DNA of 64,000 bases. Origin: Okamejei kenojei. Lineage: Eukaryota. A model generated the notes under the pieces. That model saw only the letters and a program-made list of their open reading frames with translations, did not search any database and had not been told where the DNA came from. Location of the stretch: NCBI GenBank assembly GCA_035221665.1, contig CM069163.1:22506001-22570000 (forward strand), in the 5' to 3' direction. A program made the translations under genes and the position numbers. Shown one piece after another: positions 48,128 through 60,688 of this stretch; the stretch's first letter is position 1; the number at the start of each line of letters is the position of its first letter.

Positions 48128-48415
48128 TGGGTGGCACTGCGGTAGAGTTGCTACCTTACAGCGTCAGAGACCCGGGTTCTGACTACGGGTGCTGTCTGTA
48201 TGGAATTTGTGCATTATCCCTGTGATCGCATGGGTTTTCTCAGAGTTACAGTTTCCTCTCACACTCCAAGGACGTACAGGTTGTAAGTTAATTGGCTTTG
48301 GTAACAATGTAAATTGTTCCTCGTGTGTAGAGGAGAGTGCTAGTGTACGGGGTGATCGCTGGTCGGCACGGACTCTGTGGGCTAAACGGCATGTTTCCGC
48401 GCTGTATCTCTAAAG
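48128..48415 (+). mobile_element. HE1-like V-SINE
   Basis: GGTAGAGTTGCTACCTTACAGCGTCAGAGACCCGGGTTC head; GTTTCCGCGCTGTATCTCTAAA tail. Confidence 0.82.
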
Positions 48416-49049
48416 TGATGTGAAAGAAAAGCTGCCGTTAAAAATTGATATTTTTTTAAGTTTTCCTGTTTAATGCGTGAGTATTTGATCAATTATTGGC
48501 AGTACAGGTTTGTTCTGAATTGTTAATTAAAATAATCTGAAGTGCAAGTTGTCATTCTTCCACTCCTTGTTTTTTGGGGTGCTTGCCTCATTTTGTCCTT
48601 GTGGTTGTTGCTACTAGCATTGGCAGGAGTGGGATGCTTGGGAACACTAGCTTTTTCCTTCTATATATTTTTCTTATTCCATTCATACTGCATCCGTCAC
48701 AAATAAAATAATTTAATAATGTATGACATGCTGAAATCAAAGGAAACTTAAGTGTCAAATGACAGAAGTTATTTTATATTCTGAACCCACTCCAATACTT
48801 GTGCCGAATTGGAACCATATTTGTCATTAAATTGTAACGTTAATTTATGAAGTCTGAAACCACTTTTGTAAAGTTGCAAGAAATTGATTTGGTAATTTTA
48901 AAATGTGTAATCCTCTCCATCAGTATAAAAAAATATTGAGTTAAGCAACTTGGTATGGTAACTTCTATTAGACCAAATTAATCAATGGGAAGGTAAGCAT
49001 TTTCACTTGCAACTTTGTAAATAAAAATAATTGTATTATTTTGCCTCAG

Positions 49050-49155
49050 GTAATAAACTTGTTGATACAAAGAAGGCAGCTGTTTCTCTATCTCTGAAAA
49101 CTCAGGACTCCATGAAAGCCGATGAACCAGAAGTAAAAAGGAGAAAGCTTGGGAG
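49050..49155 (+). CDS. CIZ1: CIZ1 coding exon 5: GNKLVDTKKAAVSLSLKTQDSMKADEPEVKRRKLG
   Basis: gcctcag acceptor, AG|gtactt donor; EPEVKRRKL parallels human ELPAKRLR at an exon end. Confidence 0.78.
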
Positions 49156-49439
49156 GTACTTGGGATTTTATTTAAATTGGTTCTCTTTATCCCACTTTCC
49201 CCTGGGACAGCAAGTACTCATAGACTTTGTTGTGTTTGATCAGAAATGAGCCTTTGACAATAGATCCACAGCGCTGCAAATAAATCTTCCATGACATGCT
49301 TCGTCACCTGCTGAAACCTTCATATAATCTTTTGTTTCTTTTAATTGAAAACAAAAATAATGAACCCATTTGACATATTTCCAAGCCAAAATGAGATAAA
49401 TAATTTGGAAAAATGACAGTGTATTTATTTTTTAATTCC

Positions 49440-50200
49440 TTTTTTGTAAAATTTTTATTAGAAGTAATTACATATTAAGAAAAATAATATAAGATCAAAG
49501 ACAAAGAAAATAATATTATCGTCACATATATTAATATTTTAAGCGTTTACAGTCACTCTTCTTTATACTTCTATATTTTTATTTTATTTTATAATAGTAG
49601 GAAATAGGTAATAAAGAGAAAAAGAGATAAAAAAGAGATAAATTAATGAGTGGAGTATTAAACAAGATATTCTTCATTGGAGATATATTCATGATCTATT
49701 TTATATAATTCTTCATCTATTCATTCATTCAGGCTTCAGTCATGGCCTCGAACCGGACCATCGTAACCCTTTAAATATTCAATAAATGGAGACCATATTC
49801 CTCTGAATTGATCCAACCTGTCCATCAGGACAAGTCTTAATCGTTCCAGATGAAGTGTCTCCGACATTTCTGTAATCCACATTTTAATTGTAGGGGAAAT
49901 GGGACCTTTCCAAAATCTTAGTATTAATTTTTTACCAATTATTAAACTATAACCAATAAAAATTATTTGTTGTGTTGTTAATATCTGATTCGTTTCTAGT
50001 ATTACCAATATGATGAATTTTGAATCTGGAATTAAATTAGCATTAACTACAATTGAGATTATTTTAAAAATTTCTATCCAAAAATTAGTGATTTTTATGC
50101 ATTTTGTAAATGAATGCGTTAAATTAGCTTCTAGTTGACATCTATCGCATATCGCGGAAACTTTTATTTTTAAATTCAAATAGAATAATATGATGTTCTA
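49440..50200 (-). mobile_element. L1-clade LINE 3' end (ORF2 C-terminal zinc knuckle plus AT-rich 3' UTR and poly-A)
   Basis: ORF 49736..50179: CDRC...HSFTKC...FW...KKLILRFWK.....PT...W...HLERL...F..IWSPFI; AATAAA and A-rich tail on the - strand near 49440-49460. Confidence 0.8.
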
Positions 50201-51669
50201 TAAACCTTGAAATACTTAGCTCTTTTGAGGAAATATGTGAGAAGAAAAGAGACATCATATTATGTTGTGCAATTCAGACATTCGCATAAAATAGCCGTTT
50301 GAGTTTCCAGCAAAATTGTCTTTCACTAGACAGCACTTCAGAATTGCTAAACTTGGAATTGTAATTATCATTCCCCATAGATAATGTTGTACAGGTGCAT
50401 TGTAAATGAGCAAAGAATGAGCTAAAGATCTTGAGGGGGTGGGAGGTGAACCTTTAACCCTTGGGAATAGTTTATACGTCATTGAAGCTGTGCTTTGTTT
50501 CTTAAAGATAAATTGTTTATCTCGACGGTCGAGGTTTTATTTCTGCTGAATATCTTTGTGCAAATATTTTGCACAACACAATAATGTGAGTCAGTTGCAT
50601 GTTCTTATTTTGAATTTCGAACGCAGCAATTGGCCTTCCCTGAGGAGATGCCCAAGGTAATTTAGATGAACTTATTTTAATATTTGTTACTCCAGCTGTT
50701 GACTTGGAGTATTAACACCTTGGACTTTTAAACCAGTTTGTATGACGCTCTGTCAAATAAGACTGCAATCGTCTGATAATAATAGTTTAAATAGGTTTTT
50801 AAATGGCAGAATTGAGCGTCACCGCTTAAAATTGAGCGTCACCGCTACAGATCTTAAGCTGTGACGCTCAATTTTGCAGCAGTGACCTTAAATAAGTAAA
50901 ATGCATGCCTTTAAGAAAATAAAAGCTCTTCTTCAGTATTTTAGAATTCAAATAAAATGTTTATTGATGATTTATAGGCACCTTTTCTTACATTTTTAAT
51001 AAATCTGCCATATAGTTGCATTTAAATCGAATTGCTACTCCACCCATCCCTAGAAGATCCTGATGGCCCATTCTCAGCTTCCCTCTGTTGGAGAATAAAA
51101 AATAATTTAAAATACTGTAAAACTAAAATTAAAACATCAAGATGAAGAAAAATAACTAAACTACTTACCTGCCCCATTTAAATTAATGTGGTCAAGCTTT
51201 TAATCTTGAACATCTCTGCCATAAAGCTGAGGAGTAGAATGTAAAGAGCACCTGGCTCTTTAAATCTGTGCTCCAGTTTATGTACAATTTCTGTGCTTCA
51301 ATAATGGGTGAGTAATAGAAGGCTCGCCGTTCACTACAAAATTACTGGATAAAGTATGATCTGGCCTCAAACATAGAACAGCACCAGAAGAGGTTTTCCC
51401 AGAAGTAATGAAACAGTACAGCACCTGGGTCAATTATGAGTATATGGATCTGTTATTAACGTTACAGGGTGGAAATTATAATATTACATGTCCTATTTTT
51501 GTTTCTTCTTCTCTTCCTCTCACTTTCTTAAAAGGGGCTATACATTTTAAGATTTATAGATCATCATATTATTGTATTTGAATTGTTTTCAAAAAGCAAT
51601 TTCCTATTGTGCCTTTAAAAAGAAATATACCCCAGTTCTTCGCAACTCTGCACTTCATTTTTTTCCTAA

Positions 51670-52265
51670 GCCACCTCAGTCCCCCTGTCCATTCCCTTAC
51701 CGATGTATTTGTCTGTAGCCTCTTCCATTGCCAAATTGAGATCACATACAAACTGCATGAACAGCACTTCATATCCCGCTGGGGTGCCAATTCTCCAATT
51801 GCAGGTAAACCACCCTCTTTCTCCTGATCTATTCAGGTTCTCTCTTTCACATTTTCTTTCCCCTCTTCCCACTCACCCCCCACCCCATCATTCTGATCTA
51901 CTCACTGTCGCTCCTTTAGGTTCTATGTTTTCACCTTCGCCTTTCCTTATCAGATTTCACCATCTGTAGCCCTTTGGGTTCTCCATCCTATGTTACTATC
52001 TCCACCTTCTCTTCCTCTCCAACTCATCTGGGAATCAGCCCCTGGATTCACCTTTCTCCCAGGGCGGATTCACCTTTCTCCCAGCTCTTGTCCCACCCCT
52101 TCCCCTCACCTCTTTCTGCTAGTTATCTCCCCTCTACTCCAGTCTTGAAGGATCCTGACCCAAAACAATGTCTGTCCATTTCCCACCAGAGATTATGCCT
52201 TGTTGGTTGTGTTCCTTGTGTAGTTTGTTTCTTTTGCTCAAGATTCAAGATCTGCAGTGTCTTGT
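51670..52265 (+). mobile_element. Degenerate PLE 3' relic (GIY-YIG tail plus terminal repeat)
   Basis: HLSPPVHSLTDVFVCSLFHCQIEITYKLHEQHFISRWG parallels the 37500-37780 GIY-YIG tail. Confidence 0.6.
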
Positions 52266-52685
52266 ATCCCTCAATAAAGTGTGTTTTACTGCCCAGTTAA
52301 TCCTTTGGATTTGGTGATACTGATTGAATGAGAATGTTGTCGCTAGAAGGATAGTATTCAAGATAAACTCGTGTCCGGTGTATAAATCCATGGATCAAAC
52401 AATTATAGAATAAAACAATTTGTGAAAATAAGCTCAAAGAATCATCCAGTTATCTCATTTACAATTATCTTGAGGGTTTTGTTCCATTCTTTCAACTGGA
52501 AGAAGTGCTGTTATTCCCATTTCCATTAAGCCTTAGCAATTAAAAATTCTGAGCGCCTAATTCATCGTAGTTGGAAATCTTCTCAATATTAAAAAAGATA
52601 TTTCCATGAAGCCCTCTGCTACTTATGTCCTGTTACTTCCATTAACTCAGTGGGATTTAACCAAGTCATTTTCTTCTTTCTGCAG

Positions 52686-52759
52686 CCAAAATGATGATGA
52701 TGTAATTGAACAGTCTAATTCGGGCGAGCCAACCATATCAAAGAGTACAACAAATGAAG
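52686..52759 (+). CDS. CIZ1: CIZ1 coding exon 6: SQNDDDVIEQSNSGEPTISKSTTNE
   Basis: Strong pyrimidine tract plus ctgcag, G|gtgatt donor; phase 2 to 1 fits. Confidence 0.65.
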
Positions 52760-53559
52760 GTGATTTAATGAAAACTACTTTGGGAATCTGTAATAAAAGT
52801 ACAGAAGATACTCTGCTTTAACTATCAAAGGCCAACAAATCACCTGCATTTTAACGCTTAATTGTAACATCCAGTGCTATATATCAGTTCTAGAGGTGTG
52901 GATGATTGTTTATCACCACCCTATGTTATTTTCTGACTCCCACACTTCCCAGTGGTTTCCACCTATGTGAATTTCAAGAAAAACATTGTAAGTGGTTGTG
53001 TTGCTACTTCTTATCCAAACAAATGGATTTTGTCAGGGTCTTAAGGCACATTGTTATTGTTGACTGATGATACAAAGGCTAACACTGGAAATACTGCACT
53101 ATGGGTAACAGCTGAAAATCTGGAAATTGTGATTGAGTAAATATATGATTGGTTGAGCTTTCGCACTTGTGTTGTCAGTTGAGGGAGAAGTTGGGACAAT
53201 CACTGCGAGAGTAACATTCAAGTTATTCTCAAATAAATATCTATGGATTAACTGTAATGGAATAAATCAGGTTGTTGAATTTATCACAGAACTTTTACAT
53301 AGTTTGAGTTTTTTTGTAGTTTTCTTACCTGGATGAGATTCTGCTGTCCTCTGTAGTGTCTAATTGCAGTAAGAGAACGTGCCAATGTAAACTTTTTCCA
53401 ATAGCTTCACGTTTCTTCATAATTAGAAACTTTTTTTGCTGTGGTATATTATATTCTATGGCCTCTTCTGGATCTATCCTGATAGTGGCAGCTAGATTCC
53501 AGTCTGCCTGTCAGATTGCTTGGAAAAGCAGTTTATTAAAAAAAAAATTATATTTACAG

Positions 53560-53624
53560 AAACCGATAAAAATGAAGCGAGTGGAGCTGGTGAGAATTTA
53601 GAACACAATGCAGCGAACACAGAG
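53560..53624 (+). CDS. CIZ1: CIZ1 coding exon 7: ETDKNEASGAGENLEHNAANTE
   Basis: tttacag acceptor, GAG|gtaaga donor; phase 1 to 0 fits. Confidence 0.65.
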
Positions 53625-53989
53625 GTAAGAATAACTTTTTTCACTGTATGCTTCCTTACATTATGCCTTTGGTCAAGTGGAGGAATATTAATGGTTTGAT
53701 GGAAGCCAGATATCCCCATTAAACGTGGGTATCTTTGGATGGTTCTCGGTGTCCTAAAAGACTCTGAATAGTCTTGTCTGTAGTTCGTGGCTTAACAAGG
53801 GCGGGTTGACAGAAACCAAACATCATTATTTTTCTTTGGAATTTGCGAAGATCACTTATCAAAGATAGTGTGGTTTCTGATTATTTTTTGCTTTTGCAGA
53901 TTGCAGTAAAATGGAAAATCCACCCTTTTGTTATTGAGAAACAAGGTCAGTGTTGGAGATATCAATGGAGAATACAAATATGCTAGGGC

Positions 53990-55500
53990 ATTTTCAGATT
54001 TAGAAGGAGGTGATGCTTAGGCTATTGAAGACATTAAGGTAAATAAGTTCCTAAGGCTTGATGGGATCTATCCCAGGTTATTTAGGGAGGCAAGAGTAGA
54101 GATTACAGAGGCCTTGATGAGGATCTTTGTTTCTTCTCCAGTCAAAGGCGGAGGTCCCAGAGGGCTGGTAAATGGCCGATGTTGTTCCTTTGTTTAAGAA
54201 GGGAAGTAGAGAGAATCCAGACAACTATAAGCCAGTGAGCCTCACGTAGGGAAAGAATTGGAGAGAATTCTTCATGATAGGATTTACTCCCTTTGGAAAA
54301 GAATGGGTTAATTATGGATAACCTGCACGGTTTTGTACGCATCAGGTCCTGTCTCAATAACTTGATTGAGGTTTTTGAGGTGATGAAGGAGGTTGAAGGT
54401 AGGGCGGTGAATGTTGTGTTCATGGATTTTATCAAGGCATTTGATAAGGTCAGTCATGGTAGGGTGATTAAGATGTATGAGATTCATTATGACTTGGTCG
54501 TATGGATTCAGAACTGGTTTATTCATAGAAGACAGGGTTATGGAGGTGGGTAGAAGTTCTGGCTGGAGGTCTGTGACCAGTGGACCTCTGCTGTTTGTGA
54601 TAGAAATAAATTACTAAAACCTAATGTAGATGGGTTGGGGAGTAGGTTTGGTGATAACACCAAAATTGGAGGTGTTGCAAACAGTGAGAAATGCTCAGAA
54701 GATACAGCGGGATATAGACCAGGTGTAGAAATGGAGTAATTTGCAAATGGAGTTAAACCCGAGCAAGTTTGAGGTGTACTTTGAATGTAAGGAGCCAGTA
54801 AACAGTTAATGACAAGACCCATAACAGCATTGATGTGCAGAGGGATCTTGAAGTCCAAGTTCATAGCTCACTGAATGTGGCAGCGCAGTAGATGGAGTAG
54901 TTAAGAAAGCATATGGTATGCTTGCCTTCATTGCTGGGCACAGTGAGTATAAAATTCACGAAGTTACGATGCAGCTCTACAGGACTTTGGTTAGGCCACA
55001 TTTTGATTATTGTGTGCAGTTCTGGTCACCCATTACAGGTAAGATGGGTGGCTGTGGAAAGGGTGCAGAGGATGTTTACCAGAATGCTGCCTGGATTAAA
55101 GAGTTTCAGCTATAGAGGTTGGGTAGACTTGGATTGTTTTCTCTGGAACATCGGAGGTTGGGTTGAGACTTGATAGAAATATATACAATTATGAGAGGTG
55201 TAGATGGGGTAGAACCTTTTTCCTAAGATGGAAATGTCCAACACTGGAGGGCATTGTTATAAGGTGAGAGGGGGAAACTTTAATGGAGATGCAGGTTTTT
55301 TACACAGTGATGGGGGTCTGGAATGCACTGCCAGGGGGTGGTGGAGGCTGATACGAAAGTGGAATTTAAGAGGCTTTTGGATTGGCTTTTGGAAGTGTAG
55401 GAAATAGAAGGATATGGATCATGTACGTATGGGCAGATGAAATCAGTTTAACTTAGCAACATGTTCGACACAAACATTCCTGTGCTGTATTATTCTATGT
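53990..55500 (+). mobile_element. Degenerate CR1 LINE
   Basis: HGFVRIRSCLNNLIE...FMDFIKAFDKVSH; LYRTLVRPHFDYCVQFWSP. Confidence 0.85.
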
Positions 55501-55830
55501 TAATTTTCTCTGAATAGATAATACTAATTATGCAGGAAATCCCCACAATAGCAGAAAAAATAGTGTTCCAATTAAGCATGATGACAAGCTTGGATTTCAA
55601 AGTCTATAGATTTGCACTAAGAGATGGCCAAAGGCGATATGGCTTTCTCGTTTTGATTGTAAGATTGTAAAATCAGAAATCTCTTTTGTTAACTAATGAA
55701 GAAGTAATGTTGGTATTTGGGGGGGGGAGGGGAGGAGAGGGATCCTTATTCCAAGAAAGTTCCCATCTAGTGCAATTTAGTTTAACATTGTGATGATCCA
55801 CAAGGAAAATGCTAAAAGTGAATTTATTTA

Positions 55831-56143
55831 AGGCCCTGTCCCACTTTCCCGAGTTACTCAAGAACTCTCCCGAGTTTCCCCCTTGATTCGAACTCGGGGA
55901 ATGTCGGTAGCGAGCTCGTAGGAGCCCGTAGATGTTTCGTAGCGGCTCGTAATGCCAGCCGTAGGAACTCGGGGCATCAGGTAAGTCAGAACGTTTTTTC
56001 AACATGTTGAAAAATGTCCATGAATATTAAAAAAAAATAGCCCAGAGTACCTATGAATGGCTATTACCGTAATTCACCCAGTTTGAATCAAGGGGATAAC
56101 TCGATAGAGTTTGTGAGTAACTCAGGAAAGTGGGACAGGGCCT
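55831..56143. mobile_element. PIF/Harbinger-type MITE (related TIR family to 43727-44265)
   Basis: TIRs AGGCCCTGTCCCACTTTCCCGAGTTACTCA and TGAGTAACTCAGGAAAGTGGGACAGGGCCT; TTA TSD at 55828-55830 and 56144-56146. Confidence 0.9.
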
Positions 56144-56524
56144 TTACTCGTGGATCTCTCATTGATCATGATGACCATATATGCCAAGTGAAAGTGACAC
56201 ACCTTGGGCCTAAATGGTGAAATTTCAGGAGGACGTTTTTGTGAATTGTTTTATCTTTTGTAACATTTTCTACATTCTGGTTGAGGAAACGAAAGTAAAA
56301 CTCTTGATTCACGTATGTATCTGGAAATGACAAATTGTTTGTGTAAATGATGCACAAGATACTATGATGATTTGTATGCCACATGTCAATTAACAAAGCA
56401 AGTATTATGCTTTTGCTGACTCTTTCCCTCTGTTCAAATTGGTCTTGATTCCCACTGAATGATTGGGTTTACAGAGAAAACGTATCTTATACAGAGAAAA
56501 CAAGTGTAAATATGTATCTTATAG

Positions 56525-56704
56525 ATGCTGGGTACCATGAGTTCACTGAAAGTAACGATCCAGCAGAGCAGTGAGAGTCGGGCAATCAGTACATCTGCAG
56601 CTGATTCTGGATCCATGGGTAATGAGGACTCTGGGGAGGAGTTGGATTCCATGCCGATCAAGTTCATCTGTTATATCTGTAATGTCAACTGCTATAATCA
56701 AAAG
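56525..56704 (+). CDS. CIZ1: CIZ1 coding exon 8: MLGTMSSLKVTIQQSSESRAISTSAADSGSMGNEDSGEELDSMPIKFICYICNVNCYNQK (start of zinc finger 1)
   Basis: cttatag acceptor, AAG|gtaagg donor; conserved SLKVTI.QSS.SRA.ST and CYIC. Confidence 0.93.
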
Positions 56705-57317
56705 GTAAGGCAAGTGGCACTGACTTGTTTAATTGAATGAACAATGGAAACGATCCCTTAAGGTAGCTATTCACATGAAAGACTACAAACAAGCGTAATT
56801 TAAATGACGAGGAATCTATTGTTTGTAACTGTAAAGAAGTTATTATTGATGCAACAGCTGCACATGCGAGGCTGTATAGTAAATGCATCTGCACCAATCC
56901 ATGCGGACCTTCTGCTTGCAACAATTGCGCAGAAGGTGGTAATTCACAGTGGTTCCCTCTAGAGGTGGTATTGGATGGGTGTATCGTGGGGAGATGCACA
57001 GATGCAGTCTGAGCCATATCCCTCTGTTTACAGTGGCAAATTGGATCAGCAACACACCTTTATTCTGATGAAGTAGCCAGATTTCCCCTGTAACCTACAC
57101 TTTAACACTTGCACTCAGCTCGGAGCAGAATAGCTTCCATTCGAAAGGGGAATAAGGTGAATTTTCTGATACTGTATGGAAGTTTAAAATCCAGAACAAC
57201 AGGCTGCCAAATTACTGCGTGCTTTATATACTGTCACCCTGACTCGCGTTTTTGCAAGTTTATGCAGCTTGCAGACAACCCTCTTTTCAACTCTCGAAGT
57301 AATTTATCTAAAATGAT

Positions 57318-58215
57318 GTCATAGTGATACAATGTGGAAACAGACCCTTTGGCCCAACACCCACACACCGGCCAAGAATGTCCCAGCTACACTAAACATA
57401 GAAACGTAGAAACATAGAAATTAGGTGCAGGAGCAGGCCATTCGGCCCTTCGAACCTGCACCGCTATTCATTATGATCATGGCTGATCTTCCAACTCAGT
57501 ATCCTGTACCTGCCTTCTCTCCATACCCCCTGATCGCTTCAGCCACAAGGGCCACATCCAGCTCCCTCTTAAATATGGCCAACGAACTGGCCTCAACTAC
57601 CTTCTGTGGCAGAGAATTCCACAGATTCACCACTCTCTGTGTGAAAAACGATTTTCTCATCTCGGTCCTAAAAGACTTTCCCCTTATCCTTAAACTGTGA
57701 CCCCTTGTCCTGGACTTCCCCAACATCGGGAACAATCTTCCAGCATCTAGCCTGTCCAACCCCTTAAGAGTTTTGTAAGTCTCTAGCCCCACTAGTCCCA
57801 CTTTCCTGCGCTTGGTCCATATCCCTCCAAACCTGCCCTATCCATGTACTTGTCTAATTGTTTATCTGTCAGCTTGTCCAAACACCCACCACCCTTTGTG
57901 TGAAAAAGTTACCCCTCGGATTCCTATTAAATCTTTTCCCTTTCACCTTGAACCTATGTCCTCTGGTCCTCGATTCCTCTTCTCTGGGCAAAAGACTCTG
58001 TGCATCTACCTGATCTGTTCCCCTCCTGATTTTATATACCTCTGTAAGATCTCCCCTCATCCGCCTGCGCTCCATGGAATAGAGACCCAGCCTACTCAAC
58101 CTCTCCCTATAGCTCACACCCTCTATTCCTGACAACATCCTCAATTTTTTTCTGAACCCTTTCAAGCTTGACAATATGTTTCCCATAACCTGATGCCCAG
58201 AACAAGTGAAGGAGA
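57318..58215 (-). mobile_element. Two nested CR1 3' fragments (57396-57785 inserted into the tail of another CR1 subfamily)
   Basis: ORFs 57496..57801 and 57869..58222; the host tail resumes after the insert. Confidence 0.85.
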
Positions 58216-58477
58216 AATGCATAATACAGCAAAGACTCGTGTCTTATGGAATGCCCTGTCAGCAAAGACTTGTCAACTTATTGTCAAGGTAAGCATTTGA
58301 GAAAGGCGCTTGACAGGTTTTCGCAATATCCGTTGGATAACGGATGCAGAAATACGCTCAAAGCAAATGTAGATCTTGTCTCTGAAGAAAAATTATGATT
58401 CTGTCCAGTATTGCTTGGATTTTGCATATTTGGTTAAAAAAATTGTTAATGTCTCAATTTACTTTTTTCTTTCAAAG

Positions 58478-58602
58478 AACTTTCAGAAGCACATGATAGG
58501 GACACGCCATCATCAGAGACTCTTGGAGATTCAGCAGATGAGTAATGCTTGTCTGTCCACATTAATTCCAGCGACAAGCTCAGTGGGAAGAAGCAGAGAA
58601 AG
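58478..58602 (+). CDS. CIZ1: CIZ1 coding exon 9: NFQKHMIGTRHHQRLLEIQQMSNACLSTLIPATSSVGRSRE
   Basis: ctttcaaag acceptor, AG|gtgagt donor; completes zinc finger 1. Confidence 0.93.
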
Positions 58603-58955
58603 GTGAGTGCAATTGCTGGAGATTGATAATTTGGAATGCTTTGAAATACTTGACATGAAAATCGCTACAGAAAGAAATCTCTAAGTGTTGAATTATGTAT
58701 AATCTTCAGCACAAACAGATTACTCGTGTTAATTGTTCAAATGCCGGTTTTGTATTCCAAAGTCTCTTTTTGCCTCACTTTTGAATCTTGCAAGTATAAT
58801 TTTAATTTTCTATCCTGTATTTATCTAGCATTCCCTAAATATTCCAGTTGTGTCCAAACACTCCCCACTGGAGCAATTTTTGGAAGGTGAGATCAGGTAA
58901 AATCTGAGGATTGGATACCCCAGCCATTTCTAAGTAACTCTTTCTTGCTTCACAG

Positions 58956-59043
58956 TGACAAAAAACGACCTAGATGGTGCAGTACCTGCCAGGGTCATTT
59001 CAGAGGGAATACAATTGAACACCGCAGGACACAGACACACAAG
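58956..59043 (+). CDS. CIZ1: CIZ1 coding exon 10: SDKKRPRWCSTCQGHFRGNTIEHRRTQTHK (zinc finger 2)
   Basis: cttcacag acceptor, AAG|gtagac donor; matches human RWCNTCQ...IQHRRTQDHK. Confidence 0.93.
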
Positions 59044-59532
59044 GTAGACAGAAAATCTTTCCACAGATATTGCTTATGTTGTACTACCATTTGATGAGTG
59101 TCTTTAAGTGAAAAGTTAGTTTTCCTTTTGAATATTGAGAGCTCCTCTGAAGCTTTGGACTAACATTGCAGGTGTTAACGAATCCTGTGCATTTAAAGCA
59201 TTTTCTGTCTTGCTTTTGTTTAAATATGCTTAAATATTTTTTACTATAACAAAATATCCTCAAAACATTTTGGGTTGCATCATCATGAGTCAAGTCAGGA
59301 ATGTTCTATTGTCGTTTGTCTCAAAACAGAACAATGAAATTCTTACTTGCAGCAGCACAACAGATATGTAAACATTGTTTTATGTAAATACCATGACAAA
59401 TAATAATGGCAGGAGTGAAATGAGAGTGTGGCCAGGGTGGTCCGAGTCTCTGATGCTACCTGCCTTCTTGAGGATATGACGCTTGTAGATCCCTGTAGCT
59501 GGAGGGCAGGTCAGTACCCGTAATGGACTGGC

Positions 59533-60050
59533 AGTTTAGAGATACGCTGCAGAAACAGACTCTTTGGCCCACTAAGTCTGTGTCAACCAGGGATCCCTGT
59601 ACACAACACTATCCTACACACAATATGGACATTTTACAATTTTACCAAGCCAATTAGCCCACAAACCTATACGTTTTTGGAGTGTGGGAGGAAACCGGGA
59701 GCTCCCCGAGAAAACTCACACAAGTCACGGGGTTGTTCACTAATTTTCCCTTATCAAAAGTGAACACATCTAGAAGATGCAGTTTAGGGTAAGGGGTAAG
59801 ATATTTGGAGGGAATCTGAGGAGAAGCTTTCTGCGAAAGAGTGATGAGTGCTTGGGTTGTACTGCCAGATAGAATGCTGAAAATGGTCGCTGTCGGCAAA
59901 TAAGAAGTGTCCACACAAGCACTTCAATCGCCTAGGCATTTAAGGTTATGGGCCAAATGCTGAAAGATGGGATTAATAGGGATGGCTTCCCACTGGTTGG
60001 TATGGGCATGATGGTCTGAATGGCCTGTTTCCATGCTGTAATAAGCTATC
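59533..60050. mobile_element. Partial HE1-like SINE (-) followed by a decayed CR1 3' end (+)
   Basis: TTTAGAGATACGCTGCAGAAACAG...GGAGTGTGGGAGGAAACCGG; then ...ATGGCCTGTTTCCATGCTGTA. Confidence 0.7.
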
Positions 60051-60688
60051 CTGTTAGAATTGCGAAGGGTGGAGTGGGACTACTTTGATCCCGATTGCCT
60101 GTAAATTATCATTGTAGAAAAATAATAAAATGATTTGTTAACAAGCCTCCTACTTTGAAAATGATGATACTGCTGTTGGATTTGATGCGCACACTTCTGT
60201 GTAGCACTGGAAAAAACAAAGCACAACGTACTGAAGTAAATCAGCAGATTAGGTAGCAGCTCTGGGGAACATGTATAGGCGATGATTCGGGTCGAGACCC
60301 TTCAGACTGATTGTAGTGGTACTGGAATCTGTATGTCAGAAGGTCACTCGGGGAAGGGAAGTCACAACTGAAGGACTTTTATTTTCATCATGTCATAATG
60401 CACAACTGTACAAAACAATTTGACAGCCCATACGCTGTTTTGAAATTTGCTCTGACACGATTTGTGTATATTCTTTCTGGGTTGTTGGTGTAGTGGTGCA
60501 TGCACTACTATCTTTAATTTCGAGATGGATGTAGCCCCAGCCAAAACAATGTGAATAATATAATAATCAAGAAACGGGCACTCAATTTCTTTTGTGCTCC
60601 ATTTTTAAAAAAAAATAATTGAAACCACTAGGCAAATCCCGTCCCATGCTGCAGCTATATGTCATTTATGTTCTCTGTTTCTCATCAG

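Noticed and set aside
48128-48200. tRNA-like sequences at SINE heads
   Set aside because: A/B-box heads of HE1-like SINEs, not complete cloverleaf tRNA genes.
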